Shown piece by piece: positions 12,468 through 25,928 of a stretch of DNA of 64,000 nt. Numbering within the stretch: position 1 is the stretch's first letter; each line of letters opens with the position of its first letter. The translations under genes and the position numbers were made by a program. Below the pieces are notes generated by a model. The model had not been told where the DNA came from. It was given only the letters and a program-made list of their open reading frames with translations, and searched no databases. The stretch comes from an uncultured Candidatus Entotheonella sp. (GTDB lineage: Bacteria > Tectomicrobia > Entotheonellia > Entotheonellales > Entotheonellaceae), in assembly GCA_965217185.1 (NCBI GenBank), contig OZ244252.1:4062469-4126468 (forward strand), read 5' to 3'.

Positions 12468-13541
12468 GTGAAAAAAGAAGTCCGCCAGCTTCGCGAGAAA
12501 GCGATCAATGCGTTGGTGCTCTCGATTGAGCACTTCAACCGGCCCTGGGATCGCGGCAGAACAGAAGCTGTGCTCATTATGCTCGACCACTCGTTCGAGA
12601 TGCTTCTCAAAGCAGCGATTCGGCAGGGACAGGGGAAGATACGGAGGGTGGGCGAAAAGCAAACCATCGGATTTAATGCCTGTGTCCGAAAGGGTCTCAC
12701 CGATGCAAGTGTAAAATTTCTGACCGATGAGCAAGCGCTCACCCTGCAAACAATTAATGGGCAGCGCGATGCAGCCCAACACTACCTGGTCGACATGTCG
12801 GAACATCAGTTGTACTTCTACGCCCAAGCGGGGGTGACTCTTTTCCGTGACATTCACGACGATGTTTTTGACGATCGCCTTGTACTTGAACTACCTGAGA
12901 GAGTTCTTCCGGTTTCTACAACCGCGCCCAAGGATTTATTCGCCCTGTTCGACAAAGAAGTCGGCGAAATAAAAGGACTTTTGGCACCTGGTACAAGAAG
13001 GAAGATGGATGCCATTGCAAAGGCGCGAAGCTTGGCCGTACTGGAAAGTTCGGTGAAAGGGGACTACGAGCAGCCGAGTGATCGCGAGTTGGAAAAAGTC
13101 TGCCGGCGTCTCTCCGATGGAGAGGCGTGGCCGTCCGTTTTCCCAGGGGTGGCTTCCATCAACATAACTACCGAACTCGATGGCCCCACCTTTAACCTCC
13201 GTTTGACGAAGAATGAAGGTACGCCGGTCCAACTTCTGAAAGAGGGCGAAGGAAACGGGGCAGTCGTCGCAATAAAGCGAGTGAACGAGTTGGGCTTCTA
13301 CAGCCTTGGAGCGCAGGAATTGGCCAGGAAGTTAGGTCTAACGCCACCCAAATCCCGTGCCCTGGTCGACCATTTGGGCCTTCGTGACGACCCAGAGTGC
13401 TTCAAGGAATTTAGGATCGGCAGTGTGAGGCACCTTCGATATTCACCCAACGCAATCAAGAAAATGAAGGAAGCTTTGGAGGTCGAATCCATCGACAGAA
13501 TCTGGGCTGAGCGTAGAGCAAAGCGAAGTGCAGCAGGGTGA
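12468..13541 (+). CDS. DUF3644-like protein with HEPN-type RxxxxH motif
   Basis: ALVLSIEHFNRP...SFEMLLKA N-terminus and RDAAQH motif; lower GC than flanks. Confidence 0.7.
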   Translation: MKKEVRQLREKAINALVLSIEHFNRPWDRGRTEAVLIMLDHSFEMLLKAAIRQGQGKIRRVGEKQTIGFNACVRKGLTDASVKFLTDEQALTLQTINGQRDAAQHYLVDMSEHQLYFYAQAGVTLFRDIHDDVFDDRLVLELPERVLPVSTTAPKDLFALFDKEVGEIKGLLAPGTRRKMDAIAKARSLAVLESSVKGDYEQPSDRELEKVCRRLSDGEAWPSVFPGVASINITTELDGPTFNLRLTKNEGTPVQLLKEGEGNGAVVAIKRVNELGFYSLGAQELARKLGLTPPKSRALVDHLGLRDDPECFKEFRIGSVRHLRYSPNAIKKMKEALEVESIDRIWAERRAKRSAAG

Positions 13542-13636
13542 GTAAATTTCGCGAGAGTGATTTTGAGGTAGCTGCTCTCGGTTGGTTAGAAAGTTCCGAT
13601 TGTGGCGCCACCCACGACCGACTCAATTCCAATTGA
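13538..13636 (+). pseudogene. Relic of an hsdR N-terminus
   Basis: MSKFRESDFEVAALGWLES resembles the intact HsdR start [19 protein letters not shown]; stops after 32 codons. Confidence 0.6.
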
Positions 13637-13866
13637 TTTCGAAGATGTTGCAGCCGAGAGTCCAGAAGACTGGTCGGCAACTGCTAAGGATTTCTTAGCA
13701 GTTCACAGTTGGCCGAAATGCAGTTATGCAATCAGACGCGCGGAAACCTTGCGTTCCGTCACTGTCGGAGCCACGTTTCTATATGGAAACGTGGGCCGCG
13801 GGTGCCGTGAGAATCCATCTGGACTACAATAGACCAATTCACCCTTCGGCATGCGGAGCCCTGCTT

Positions 13867-14142
13867 GTGAGCACCACCGGACCCCAACGTGTCTGGACCG
13901 TGGCGGAGGCGAAGGCGCGCCTCTCTGAAATCCTGCGGCTCGCCGAATCGGAGGGACCGCAGCGCATCGGCACCCGGCGGCCGTTCGTCGTCGTGCCCGC
14001 GGAGGCGTGGGACGCGAAAACGCCGCCCCGTAAGCCCTTTGGCCAGTGGCTCATAGAGAACGTACCACGCGGCACCAATCTTGAGGTGCCGGACAGGAGG
14101 TCCAATCGCCCGATTCCATTCGCTGACGAAGAAGACGAATGA
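13867..14142 (+). CDS. Phd/YefM-type antitoxin
   Basis: WTVAEAKARLSEILRLAESEGPQRI motif; GTG start after ggag; overlaps the PIN toxin start. Confidence 0.85.
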   Translation: MSTTGPQRVWTVAEAKARLSEILRLAESEGPQRIGTRRPFVVVPAEAWDAKTPPRKPFGQWLIENVPRGTNLEVPDRRSNRPIPFADEEDE

Positions 14143-14554
14143 CCGGCTACCTTCTGGATACCAACGTAATCTCGGAGTTGACGCGGGACATTCCAGACCC
14201 CCGGGTTATAGACTTTCTGGCCGAGCGAGACGATGTATGGGTGTCGTCTATCCTCATACATGAAGTGGAATACGGAGTGCGATTGCTCACACAGGGAACC
14301 CGTCGCAATCGGCTGTCCACCATGTAGGCGGCCATCCTTTCGGGGTACGCCCATCACGTACTGCCATTGGACAGGGCAGGGGCCGAGTGGGCCGCCGAGT
14401 TTCGGGCAAACGCCCGGCGCTCTGGACACACGGTCGACATGGCCGACGCCTTGGTTGCCGGGATAGCTAGGGCCAATGCCCTCGCCGTAGCCACCCGCAA
14501 CGTCGCCGATTTCGGGCGCCTCGACGTCGAGGTCTTCAATCCCTGGGAAGCCCC

Positions 14555-14558
<4 letters not shown>
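14139..14558 (+). pseudogene. vapC: VapC PIN-domain toxin with premature TAG at 14325-14327
   Basis: YLLDTNVISE N-terminus and MADALVAGIA...[10 protein letters not shown]-terminus in the same frame across one TAG. Confidence 0.88.
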
Positions 14559-17695
<3,137 letters not shown>

Positions 17696-17734
17696 AGCAA
17701 GCCGCCGGGCGGGGGATGTCGTGCTGCGTCGGCT

Positions 17735-17847
17735 CCCCCTCACCCCAACCCCCTCCCTCCAGGGGAGAGGGAGTAAAACCCGCTCCGTAGGGGAAGGTTA
17801 GCCCTCTGCTTCCCTCCCCCCTCCGAGGGGAGAGCTAGGGTGGGGGG
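17735..17847. repeat. Inverted dimer of the CCCTCTCCC/GGGAGAGGG palindromic repeat
   Basis: ccccctcaccccaaccccctccctccaggggagagggagtaaaacc matches 22967-23012 with 3 mismatches in 46; inverted partner ends ctagggtgggggg. Confidence 0.8.
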
Positions 17848-17911
17848 CGTTTCCGCGGCACCCGGGTCCGCTTTGCTGCTCACCTTGCGCCGGTTCCCCC
17901 TTACCATTGAG

Positions 17912-17981
17912 GCCGAACGTCGTTAAACGAGACCGGAAACATGGTTTACACGGTTGGCTCACGTTGATGCCTCTGTCGGGC
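17912..17981 (-). mobile_element. Solo degenerate IS481 right end
   Basis: gccgaacgtcgtt...gaccggaaacatggtttacacggttggctcacgttgatgcctctgtcgggc closely matches the reverse complement of 11176-11248. Confidence 0.8.
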
Positions 17982-18063
17982 GCCCCCGGTTGTGTCACGC
18001 CCACCTTGACGGTAAACTAGCGGCTCCTTTGACCCTTCCAACCCCAACCGGTAAGAAACTCCA

Positions 18064-20373
18064 ATGACCCTGTGGCCCTTTTCTCCGTTGCTGTGGAATA
18101 CCCAGGCGGGAACGTTCAGGAGCAGTGTGACGTGGGAGGCGACGTTTCCCGTCGTGGTGGTGGTCGTCATTGCGCTGGCCTTCGTTGCCTTGCTGGTGCG
18201 GCAGTGGCTCGACCTCGGGCCGCGCACGTCGAGGCGCGGGCGGTTGGGGCTGACGGCGTTGCGGTTCGGGGTGTACGCACTGGTCCTGGGCATGCTGCTC
18301 AACCCCGCCTTGCTGATCCAGAAGGTGATGCTGATTCTGCCACAGTTGGCGGTGCTGGTGGATACCTCCGGCAGCATGGGGTTGGCTACGGACGAGGAGG
18401 GCACGCGCCTGCAGGGGGTGGTCGATTATCTGCATGATGAACAGCGTTCGGCGTTAGACAAGCTTGCCGAGCGGTATGAGATCGCGCTGTACCAGTTCGA
18501 CGACACGCTGCGGATGCTGCCGCGTGAGGGCTTGCCGCAGGTGCAACCGGGCGGGCAGCGGACGGATTTGATCGGCGCCGTTACCCAGGTGCTCGACGAC
18601 AACCGCAGCGCGCCGCCGGTGGGCATCATGGTGCTCAGCGACGGCGTGCATCATGGCTCGGACACCGGCCTCGGCTACTTGCGCCGGGCGGGCGTGCCCG
18701 TGGTGGCTGTCGGCGTCGGTGAACTGGACACGTACCGGGACATCCGCGTCGTTGACGTGCAGGCGCCGTCGCTGACCTTTTTGCATTACCCGGCGGACGT
18801 CACCGCTACCATTCAGGTGTGGGGCTATGCCGAGGAAACGCTGGCGGTCGTCTTGCAGCGCGATGGCCGTGTCGTGGCCACCCAGCGCATGCTGGTTGCC
18901 TCGGACGCCTCCGAGCAGCAGATGACCTTCCCCCTGGAGCCGGACACGATCGGCGAATTTGCCTACACGATCAGCATCGCCCCGCGGCTCGGCGAAGCGC
19001 TCACCGACAACAACCGCGTTGACTTCCCGCTCTCCGTGGTGCGCGACAAAATCCGCGTGCTGCTGGTGTGCGGCAGCCCCACCTGGAATTACCGCTTCCT
19101 ACGCCAAGCCCTCAAGCTCGACCCCAGCATCGACCTGCTGTCGTTCGTCATCCTGCGTACTGCCAACGACGTGGTGAACGTGCCCGAGAGCCAGCTCAGC
19201 CTCATCCCGTTTCCCACCGAGCGGCTGTTTACGCGGGAGTTGAGGAACTTCGACCTGATCATCTTCGAGAATTTTGATTCGCGGCGTTACTTCCCGGTGA
19301 CCTATTTGCAGAACGTGGCGCGCTACGTCATGGACGGCGGCGCCTTTGCGATGGTCGGCGGGCCGCTGGCGTTTTCGCAGGGCGGTTACATGGGCACGCC
19401 CATCGAGGCCATCCTGCCGGTCTCCCTGCTCCGCGAACGCCGAGATTATCAGCAGGCCACGCACCAGATGATGCTGACCGAGGAAGGCCGGACGCACCCG
19501 ATCACGCGGCTGTCGTCGGACGACCAGGAAAACGAGCGCATCTGGGAGGCTATGCCGGAGCTGGATGCCCTCAATCGTGTCGGTAAGGCAAAGCCCGGCG
19601 CCACCGTCCTGGCCGTGACCGGCGAATCCTCCGAGGATGGCTCTGGGGCGCCACTGCTGGCCATGCAACCCGTCGGCGAGGGCCGTACCCTGGCGCTGAT
19701 GAGCGATTACACCTGGAAGTGGAATTTTCAGTTGGCCGGGCGCATGGACTCGAATCAGTACTACCTGCAGTTCATTCGCCAGATGGTGCGCTGGCTCATC
19801 CACGACCCCGTGCTGAAGCAGGTCCGCAGCATGGCCGACGCCCGCGAATTCCCCGTCGGCAGCGAAGTCACCGGCCTGTTCCAGGTGCTGCAGGACGATT
19901 ACCGCCCCGCCACGGAGGCCGTGTTGCGCCCCACCTTGCGTACCCCGGCAGGACAGGAGATGGTTGTGCCGTACCGCCCGACCGGCAATCCGGGCGAATA
20001 CCGCTACCGCTTCCGGGCCGAGGAGGAGGGGTTGTACGAGCTCGACGTTCAGGCCCAGATCAAGGACAAAACGCACGAGGCCAGCCGGTTGCTGCTGCCC
20101 GTCCGCCGTCCGGGCAACGAAAACCATCACGGCGCACCGAACCACGACCTGCTGCGCGACATCGCCGACCGCACGGACGGCACCTTCTTCACCCTGGCCG
20201 ACCGTGCCAAGCCCACTCTTGCCAGCCTGGCGCAGTTCTTCGGCGGTGAGCCGGATTACCGCGTGCTGGAAGAGAGCCGGCTGCGCTTGCGCGAATCCCT
20301 GCCGTTGTTCCTAGTGCTCCTCACCGTTCTGGCCGTCGAGTGGTGGTGGCGGCGGCGCGTTGGGTTGCTGTAG
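18064..20373 (+). CDS. Membrane VWA / glutamine amidotransferase-like domain protein of MoxR clusters
   Basis: N-terminal TMs, LVDTSGSM, LSDG, IDLLSFVILRT...QLSLIPFPTERLF, C-terminal EWWWRRRVGL. Confidence 0.8.
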   Translation: MTLWPFSPLLWNTQAGTFRSSVTWEATFPVVVVVVIALAFVALLVRQWLDLGPRTSRRGRLGLTALRFGVYALVLGMLLNPALLIQKVMLILPQLAVLVDTSGSMGLATDEEGTRLQGVVDYLHDEQRSALDKLAERYEIALYQFDDTLRMLPREGLPQVQPGGQRTDLIGAVTQVLDDNRSAPPVGIMVLSDGVHHGSDTGLGYLRRAGVPVVAVGVGELDTYRDIRVVDVQAPSLTFLHYPADVTATIQVWGYAEETLAVVLQRDGRVVATQRMLVASDASEQQMTFPLEPDTIGEFAYTISIAPRLGEALTDNNRVDFPLSVVRDKIRVLLVCGSPTWNYRFLRQALKLDPSIDLLSFVILRTANDVVNVPESQLSLIPFPTERLFTRELRNFDLIIFENFDSRRYFPVTYLQNVARYVMDGGAFAMVGGPLAFSQGGYMGTPIEAILPVSLLRERRDYQQATHQMMLTEEGRTHPITRLSSDDQENERIWEAMPELDALNRVGKAKPGATVLAVTGESSEDGSGAPLLAMQPVGEGRTLALMSDYTWKWNFQLAGRMDSNQYYLQFIRQMVRWLIHDPVLKQVRSMADAREFPVGSEVTGLFQVLQDDYRPATEAVLRPTLRTPAGQEMVVPYRPTGNPGEYRYRFRAEEEGLYELDVQAQIKDKTHEASRLLLPVRRPGNENHHGAPNHDLLRDIADRTDGTFFTLADRAKPTLASLAQFFGGEPDYRVLEESRLRLRESLPLFLVLLTVLAVEWWWRRRVGLL

Positions 20374-20473
20374 GGCGCGTCTGGGTTTGAGGGAATTGCC
20401 AATGGCTCCCGTTCAAGCCGGAGGCGGGTTCTGCCGGGCCACATACAGAATAATGAAAATAGATTCCCAAGAG

Positions 20474-20562
20474 CGTCACGCCCGCGAAAGCGGGAGTCCA
20501 GGGTTTCTGGGGCCAAGAGCCGAGCCGGGATCACTGGATCCCGGGTCAAGCCCGGAATGACG
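20474..20562. repeat. CGTC-tagged REP-like inverted dimer
   Basis: cgtcacgcccgcgaaagcgggagtccag ... ctggatcccgggtcaagcccggaatgacg. Confidence 0.8.
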
Positions 20563-20601
20563 CTTTGGTGCTGGATAGGCTCTCTTCATAGGATCTAGGA
20601 G

Positions 20602-20802
20602 ATGATGACGCCCGAGGAAATTCAGGCTCTACGCGAGCATACGGAAATGACCCACGTGCAGATGGCGCAACTTTTTCGGGTGCGGCCGGCGGACGTGATC
20701 GCCTGGGAGAACGGGGAGTTGGAACCCAGCGACGAGGAGTTGGAGAAATTGCAACGATTGTCGGCTTCCGGCGCCAAGAAGGCCCGGTTCAAATTCAATT
20801 AG
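20602..20802 (+). CDS. Small XRE-family HTH protein
   Basis: IQALRE...MTHVQMAQLFRVRPADVIAWENGELEP; RBS aggag. Confidence 0.8.
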   Translation: MMTPEEIQALREHTEMTHVQMAQLFRVRPADVIAWENGELEPSDEELEKLQRLSASGAKKARFKFN

Positions 20803-20954
20803 GTCACGGGCCGACATTCCTTTCCTTTTGAAGGACATTTTTGTTACGCTCGACACAAAAATGCCCCGACCCAGTGATGGTGTTTCCATGCCCCGAGCCG
20901 TCCGCAAGGCCGCCAAGCCTCTATCTGCGAGGTTTTGGGCCATGTCACCGTTTG

Positions 20955-20970
20955 TGGCATGGATATTGCT
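20955..20970 (+). promoter_or_regulatory. Sigma54 (-24/-12) promoter of glnB-glnA
   Basis: TGGCAT-GGATA-TTGCT with exact spacing, ~150 bp upstream of glnB. Confidence 0.75.
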
Positions 20971-20991
20971 GATTTGTTGTTTGACTCATAG

Positions 20992-21462
<471 letters not shown>

Positions 21463-21518
21463 GCGATGCCGGCTGGCGCTGAAGCCGTTGTCGCACGTTT
21501 AGCAAGGAGGCAATTGTT

Positions 21519-22931
21519 ATGACACCGAGTGAAGTACTCAAAATGGCCGCGGACAAGGGGGCCAAGGTCTTTGATCTGCGTTTTCTCGATTTTCCGGGCT
21601 TGTGGCAGCACATGACCCATCCCATGAGCGAGCTCACCGAGGACGCGTTCAACGAGGGCTTTGGTTTCGACGGCTCCAGCATCCGCGGCTGGCAGGCGAT
21701 CAACGCCAGCGACATGCTGGTGATGCCCGATCCCACCACGGCGCGCATGGACCCGTTCATGAAAGAGCCCACCCTGGTGATGATCTGCGACATCGTGGAC
21801 CCGCTGACCCACGAGCACTACACCCGCGACCCCCGCAACATCGCCAAGAAGGCTGAGGCCTACGTGAAGGCCGGCGGTCTTGCGGATACGGCCTACGTGG
21901 GGCCGGAAGCGGAGTTTTTCATCCTGGATGACATCCGCTACGACAACAACGAACATTCGGCGTACTACTTCGTGGATTCGGTGGAAGGGGAGTGGAACAC
22001 CGGGCGCGTCGAGGGGCCCAACCTGGGCTACAAGCCGCGCTACAAGGAAGGCTACTTCCCCGTGCCGCCCTCGGACAGCATGCACGACATCCGCACCGAG
22101 ATGATCCTGCTCATGGAGAAGCTGGGCATCCACGTCGAGACGCATCACCACGAGGTCGCCACCGCCGGCCAAGCCGAGATCGACATGCGGTTCAACTCCC
22201 TGGTGGCCATGGCCGACAACCTCATGTGGTACAAGTACATCATCAAGAACGTGGCGCGGCGCTACAACAAGACGGTCACGTTCATGCCCAAGCCGCTATT
22301 CAACGACAACGGCAGCGGCATGCACGTGCACCAGAGCCTGTGGAAGGACGGTCAGCCGTTGTTCGCCGGCGACGGCTATGCCGGGGTCAGCCAGATGTGC
22401 CTCAACTACATCGGCGGCATCCTCAAGCACGCTCCGGCGTTGTGCGCCTTCGTGGCGCCAACTACCAACTCATACAAGCGCCTGGTGCCGGGCTTCGAGG
22501 CGCCGGTCAATCTGGCGTATTCCAGCCGTAACCGCAGCGCTGCGGTGCGCATCCCCATGTACTCGTCGAGCCCGAAGGCGAAACGCATCGAGGTGCGCTT
22601 CCCCGATCCGTCCTGCAACGGCTACCTGGCCTTTTCCGCCATGCTGATGGCGGGCCTGGACGGCATCGAAAACCGCATCGACCCCGGCGAGCCGCTGGAC
22701 AAGGACATTTACGCCCTCACGCCTGCGGAACTCAGCAAGGTTCCCTCCGTGCCGGGTTCGCTCGAAGGCGCCCTCGACGCTCTGGAACAGGATCACGACT
22801 TCCTGCTCAAGGGCGACGTGTTCACCGCCGATGCCATCGACACGTGGCTCGATTACAAACGCTCGAATGAAGTGAATGAGGTCCGCCTGCGGCCGCATCC
22901 GTTCGAGTTCAAGCTGTACTTCGATATCTAG
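21519..22931 (+). CDS. glnA: Glutamine synthetase type I
   Basis: [25 protein letters not shown]...[35 protein letters not shown]. Confidence 0.98.
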   Translation: MTPSEVLKMAADKGAKVFDLRFLDFPGLWQHMTHPMSELTEDAFNEGFGFDGSSIRGWQAINASDMLVMPDPTTARMDPFMKEPTLVMICDIVDPLTHEHYTRDPRNIAKKAEAYVKAGGLADTAYVGPEAEFFILDDIRYDNNEHSAYYFVDSVEGEWNTGRVEGPNLGYKPRYKEGYFPVPPSDSMHDIRTEMILLMEKLGIHVETHHHEVATAGQAEIDMRFNSLVAMADNLMWYKYIIKNVARRYNKTVTFMPKPLFNDNGSGMHVHQSLWKDGQPLFAGDGYAGVSQMCLNYIGGILKHAPALCAFVAPTTNSYKRLVPGFEAPVNLAYSSRNRSAAVRIPMYSSSPKAKRIEVRFPDPSCNGYLAFSAMLMAGLDGIENRIDPGEPLDKDIYALTPAELSKVPSVPGSLEGALDALEQDHDFLLKGDVFTADAIDTWLDYKRSNEVNEVRLRPHPFEFKLYFDI

Positions 22932-22966
22932 AGTACGTTTGGATCAAGACGGCTTGTAATTCATTT

Positions 22967-23101
22967 CCCCCTCACCCCAACCCTCTCCCTCCAGGGGAAA
23001 GGGAGTGAAACCTCTTCGTGGCGCTGGTTCCCTCTCTCTTGCGGAGGAAGGCCAGTTCCCTGATCCCCTCCCCACTTGAGGGGGAGGGTTAGGGTGGGGG
23101 G
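22967..23101. repeat. Cluster of CCCTCTCCC/GGGAGAGGG palindromic repeats between convergent genes
   Basis: ccccctcaccccaaccctctccctccaggggaaaggg ... cccctccccacttgagggggagggttagggtgggggg. Confidence 0.8.
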
Positions 23102-23277
23102 TTGCTTCCCTCTTTCTTGCCGGCGAAATGCCGCAGCAGGAATGCCGCATCGGCGGGAGAGAGGTCGAACCGCAGACTGGCTTCATCCACCACCTTCACC
23201 GAGAAGGTTCCCTGTTCGGAGATCCACCGCACCGCCCGCCGCAGGTTTTCCTTTTCCGGCAGTATTGTTTCACCCAT
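23089..23277 (-). CDS. Small hypothetical protein
   Basis: MGETILPEKENLRRAVRWISEQ...EASLRFDLSPADAAFL; protein-like composition, RBS aagga. Confidence 0.6.
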   Translation of the reverse strand: MGETILPEKENLRRAVRWISEQGTFSVKVVDEASLRFDLSPADAAFLLRHFAGKKEGSNPPP

Positions 23278-23368
23278 AATCATCCTTTCCATGACATGGC
23301 CGCCATCTGCAGGCCGCCCGCTCCGCTCTGATTGAACCCGACGTGCTGGCACGGAGACCCCACCAACC

Positions 23369-24568
23369 ATGACCGCAGCCCTGCAGGGCATCCGGGTGCT
23401 GGACCTTTCGCGCTACGTGGCCGGCGCCTATTGCGCCAAGTTGCTGGCGGCGTTCGGGGCCGAGGTGGTCAAGGTCGAGCCGCCCGGCACGGGCGACCCG
23501 GCGCGCGCCATGGGGCCGTTTCTGCATGACCGGCCCAACCCGGAAACGAGCGCGCTGTTCCTCTACCTCAATACCGGCAAGCAGGGTCTGACGCTCAATC
23601 TCAAGCACCCGCAGGGCCGGGACATTCTCAAGGCACTGGTTCGGGACACCGACGTGTTGGTTGAAAATTTCACGCCGCGCGTGATGCCGGCGCTCGGTTT
23701 AGATTACGCCACCCTGAGCGCCGTCAACCCGCGCTTGATCATGGTGTCCATCAGCAGCTTCGGGCAGAGCGGACCGTATCGCGACTACAAGGCCAATGAC
23801 ATGATCTCGTACGCCTTGGGGGGCTACATGTATCTCAACGGCCACCCGCAACGCCAGCCCCTGAGCGGGGGCGGCCATCAGCCAGCCTACCAGGGCGGCT
23901 TGCATGGCTACAGCGGCGCCATGGCAGCGCTCATGGCGCGGGAACAGAGTGGGCAGGGCCAGCACGTGGACATCTCGATCCAGGAGTGTATGGCCTCCAT
24001 TCACCAGTTTACCATCAACCGCTACGTGTACGTCGGCCGCATTCAAAAACGCCTTGGCAACCGCTATCAACGTGCCCACCCGATTACCATCTATCCCTGC
24101 AAGGACGGCCTGATCTCCCTGGCCGTCAGCACGCAGGAGCAATACGAACGGTTCCTGGCCCTGACCGGCCTGACGGAATTGCTGGATGACGCGCGGTTTG
24201 CCACGCCGTTTGCGTGTTCCGAGCATGCCGCGTCGTTTGACGAGTGCCTTGCTCCCTGGTTGCAGGCGCACGGCAAGCACGACATCGTGCATCGCTGCCA
24301 GGAAAATCGTATCCCGGCGGCTTTTGTCAACGACGTTGCCGAGGTGATGGACGATCCGCAGTACCAGTTCCGCGGCTTCTGGCACGACTTGGATCACCCC
24401 GTCGCCGGTCGTCAGACATACGCCGGCTTTCCCTTTCACATGACCGCAACGCCCCCGGTGCTGCAGCGGGCCTGTCTGTTGGGCGAACATACCCAGGACA
24501 TCTTGACCGCACGTCTGGGCTGCAGCCACACTCAACTGGCCGACTGGCGGGCGCAGGGGGTCATTTAG
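23369..24568 (+). CDS. CoA-transferase family III (CaiB/BaiF)
   Basis: LQGIRVLDLS, GAEVVKVEPP.GD, DVLVENF motifs. Confidence 0.92.
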   Translation: MTAALQGIRVLDLSRYVAGAYCAKLLAAFGAEVVKVEPPGTGDPARAMGPFLHDRPNPETSALFLYLNTGKQGLTLNLKHPQGRDILKALVRDTDVLVENFTPRVMPALGLDYATLSAVNPRLIMVSISSFGQSGPYRDYKANDMISYALGGYMYLNGHPQRQPLSGGGHQPAYQGGLHGYSGAMAALMAREQSGQGQHVDISIQECMASIHQFTINRYVYVGRIQKRLGNRYQRAHPITIYPCKDGLISLAVSTQEQYERFLALTGLTELLDDARFATPFACSEHAASFDECLAPWLQAHGKHDIVHRCQENRIPAAFVNDVAEVMDDPQYQFRGFWHDLDHPVAGRQTYAGFPFHMTATPPVLQRACLLGEHTQDILTARLGCSHTQLADWRAQGVI

Positions 24569-24588
24569 GGTAAGGAAAGGGGCCTGCC

Positions 24589-25854
24589 ATGAACGGTGCG
24601 CTGCGCGGTGTGCGTATGATCGACTTGACCCGGGTATGGGCCGGTCCCCATGCTACCCGGATGCTGGCCGACATGGGGGCCGAAGTGATCCACGTCACGG
24701 GTCGTAAGCTCGTCGGCCCCCTCACCGTTACCCAGGAGACGGCCCGTATTCTGGGGGTCTATCCCGACGACGAGCCGGGCGAGCGGCATTGGAACCGCAA
24801 CTCGCAGACCAATGACTTGATGCGCAACAAGTACGACATCACGCTGGAGCTGGATACCCCCGAGGGCCTGTCGCTGCTGCGCCGCCTCATCGCCATCAGC
24901 GACGTGGTGATCGAGAACTACAGCCCGCGTGTCATGCCCAAGTTCGGCCTGGATTATCCCCGCCTGCAGGAATTGAACCCCAGAATCATCCTGTGCTCGA
25001 TGCCGGGCTACGGTTCTCAGGGACCCTACCGCAGCTTCATCTCCTACGGTACGAACGTGGACCCGGCAGCGGGGCTTGCCAGTCTGATGGGCTACCCCGG
25101 TGAGGCGCCGTACATGAGCGGCAATGCCTACCCGGATCCGGTGGCCGGCCTGTTCGCCGTCGGCGCCATCCTGACGGCGCTGTATCACCAGCGGCGCACC
25201 GGCCAGGGGCAGTACATCGACCTCTCCCAAGCCGAGGCGACTACCGCCCTGTTGGGTGAAGTTTCGCTCGGCGCCCGGCTGAACGGCGTCGTCCCGCCCC
25301 GCATGGGGAACCGTCACCCGCGCCAGGCGCCGCACGGGTGCTATCCCTGTCGCGGCGACGACACCTGGGTGGCCATTGCCGTGCGCAGCGACGACGAATG
25401 GCGCGCCTTTACGCACGTCCTGGGGCAGCCGACCTGGGGCGCTGAGGCTCGTTTCGCCACGTTGTCCGGGCGTCTGCAATATCACGATGAGTTGGACCGT
25501 CATATTGCCGACTGGACGTCGCATCACCATGCCTACCACGTGATGCACACCCTGCAAAACGCCGGTGTGCCCGCCGGCGCGGTCGCCAACGCCAAGGAAC
25601 TGGTCAACGATCCGCACTTATGCGCCCGCGATTTCTTCTGGGACATCGATCATCCCGAAGCGGGCACGCGGCGATACGCTGGCCAGCCTGTGCGGTTGTC
25701 GGCGACCCCGGCACGGCTCTACCGACCGGCGCCTTGTCTGGGGCAGCACAATGACCAGGTGCTGGGCGGATTGCTTGGGCTATCAGACGACGAACTCGCC
25801 GCCCTGCGCGACAAAGGCGTGATTGGCGATCGCCCTTTGCCGCGCAATGGATGA
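24589..25854 (+). CDS. CoA-transferase family III (CaiB/BaiF)
   Basis: LRGVRMIDLT...AGPHATRMLADMGAEVI, DVVIENY, catalytic-Asp region AYPDPVAG. Confidence 0.92.
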   Translation: MNGALRGVRMIDLTRVWAGPHATRMLADMGAEVIHVTGRKLVGPLTVTQETARILGVYPDDEPGERHWNRNSQTNDLMRNKYDITLELDTPEGLSLLRRLIAISDVVIENYSPRVMPKFGLDYPRLQELNPRIILCSMPGYGSQGPYRSFISYGTNVDPAAGLASLMGYPGEAPYMSGNAYPDPVAGLFAVGAILTALYHQRRTGQGQYIDLSQAEATTALLGEVSLGARLNGVVPPRMGNRHPRQAPHGCYPCRGDDTWVAIAVRSDDEWRAFTHVLGQPTWGAEARFATLSGRLQYHDELDRHIADWTSHHHAYHVMHTLQNAGVPAGAVANAKELVNDPHLCARDFFWDIDHPEAGTRRYAGQPVRLSATPARLYRPAPCLGQHNDQVLGGLLGLSDDELAALRDKGVIGDRPLPRNG

Positions 25855-25928
25855 CCCGTCGCCGGTTTGGTTCATGTTCGCTCTGGGCGAGCGCGCTTCA
25901 GGGTGGATGTTTCAAGGAGGGTAAGACA

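Larger units (their letters stand above)
9276..12471 (+). pseudogene. hsdS: Type I R-M specificity subunit S, split by IS481 and containing an in-frame DUF559 domain
   Basis: 5' part ends with the conserved [45 protein letters not shown] helix; 3' part has SELGEIPAGW...TRD2...RDLFLPKLISG; removing 9949-11260 rejoins them in frame (...RGSRG-DKGASPQ...). Confidence 0.9.

Noticed and set aside
14325..14327. In-frame TAG codons in vapC and in the transposase (38351) as possible pyrrolysine or recoding
   Set aside because: TAG is used as a normal stop in many genes here; both fit single-base nonsense mutations in dispensable genes
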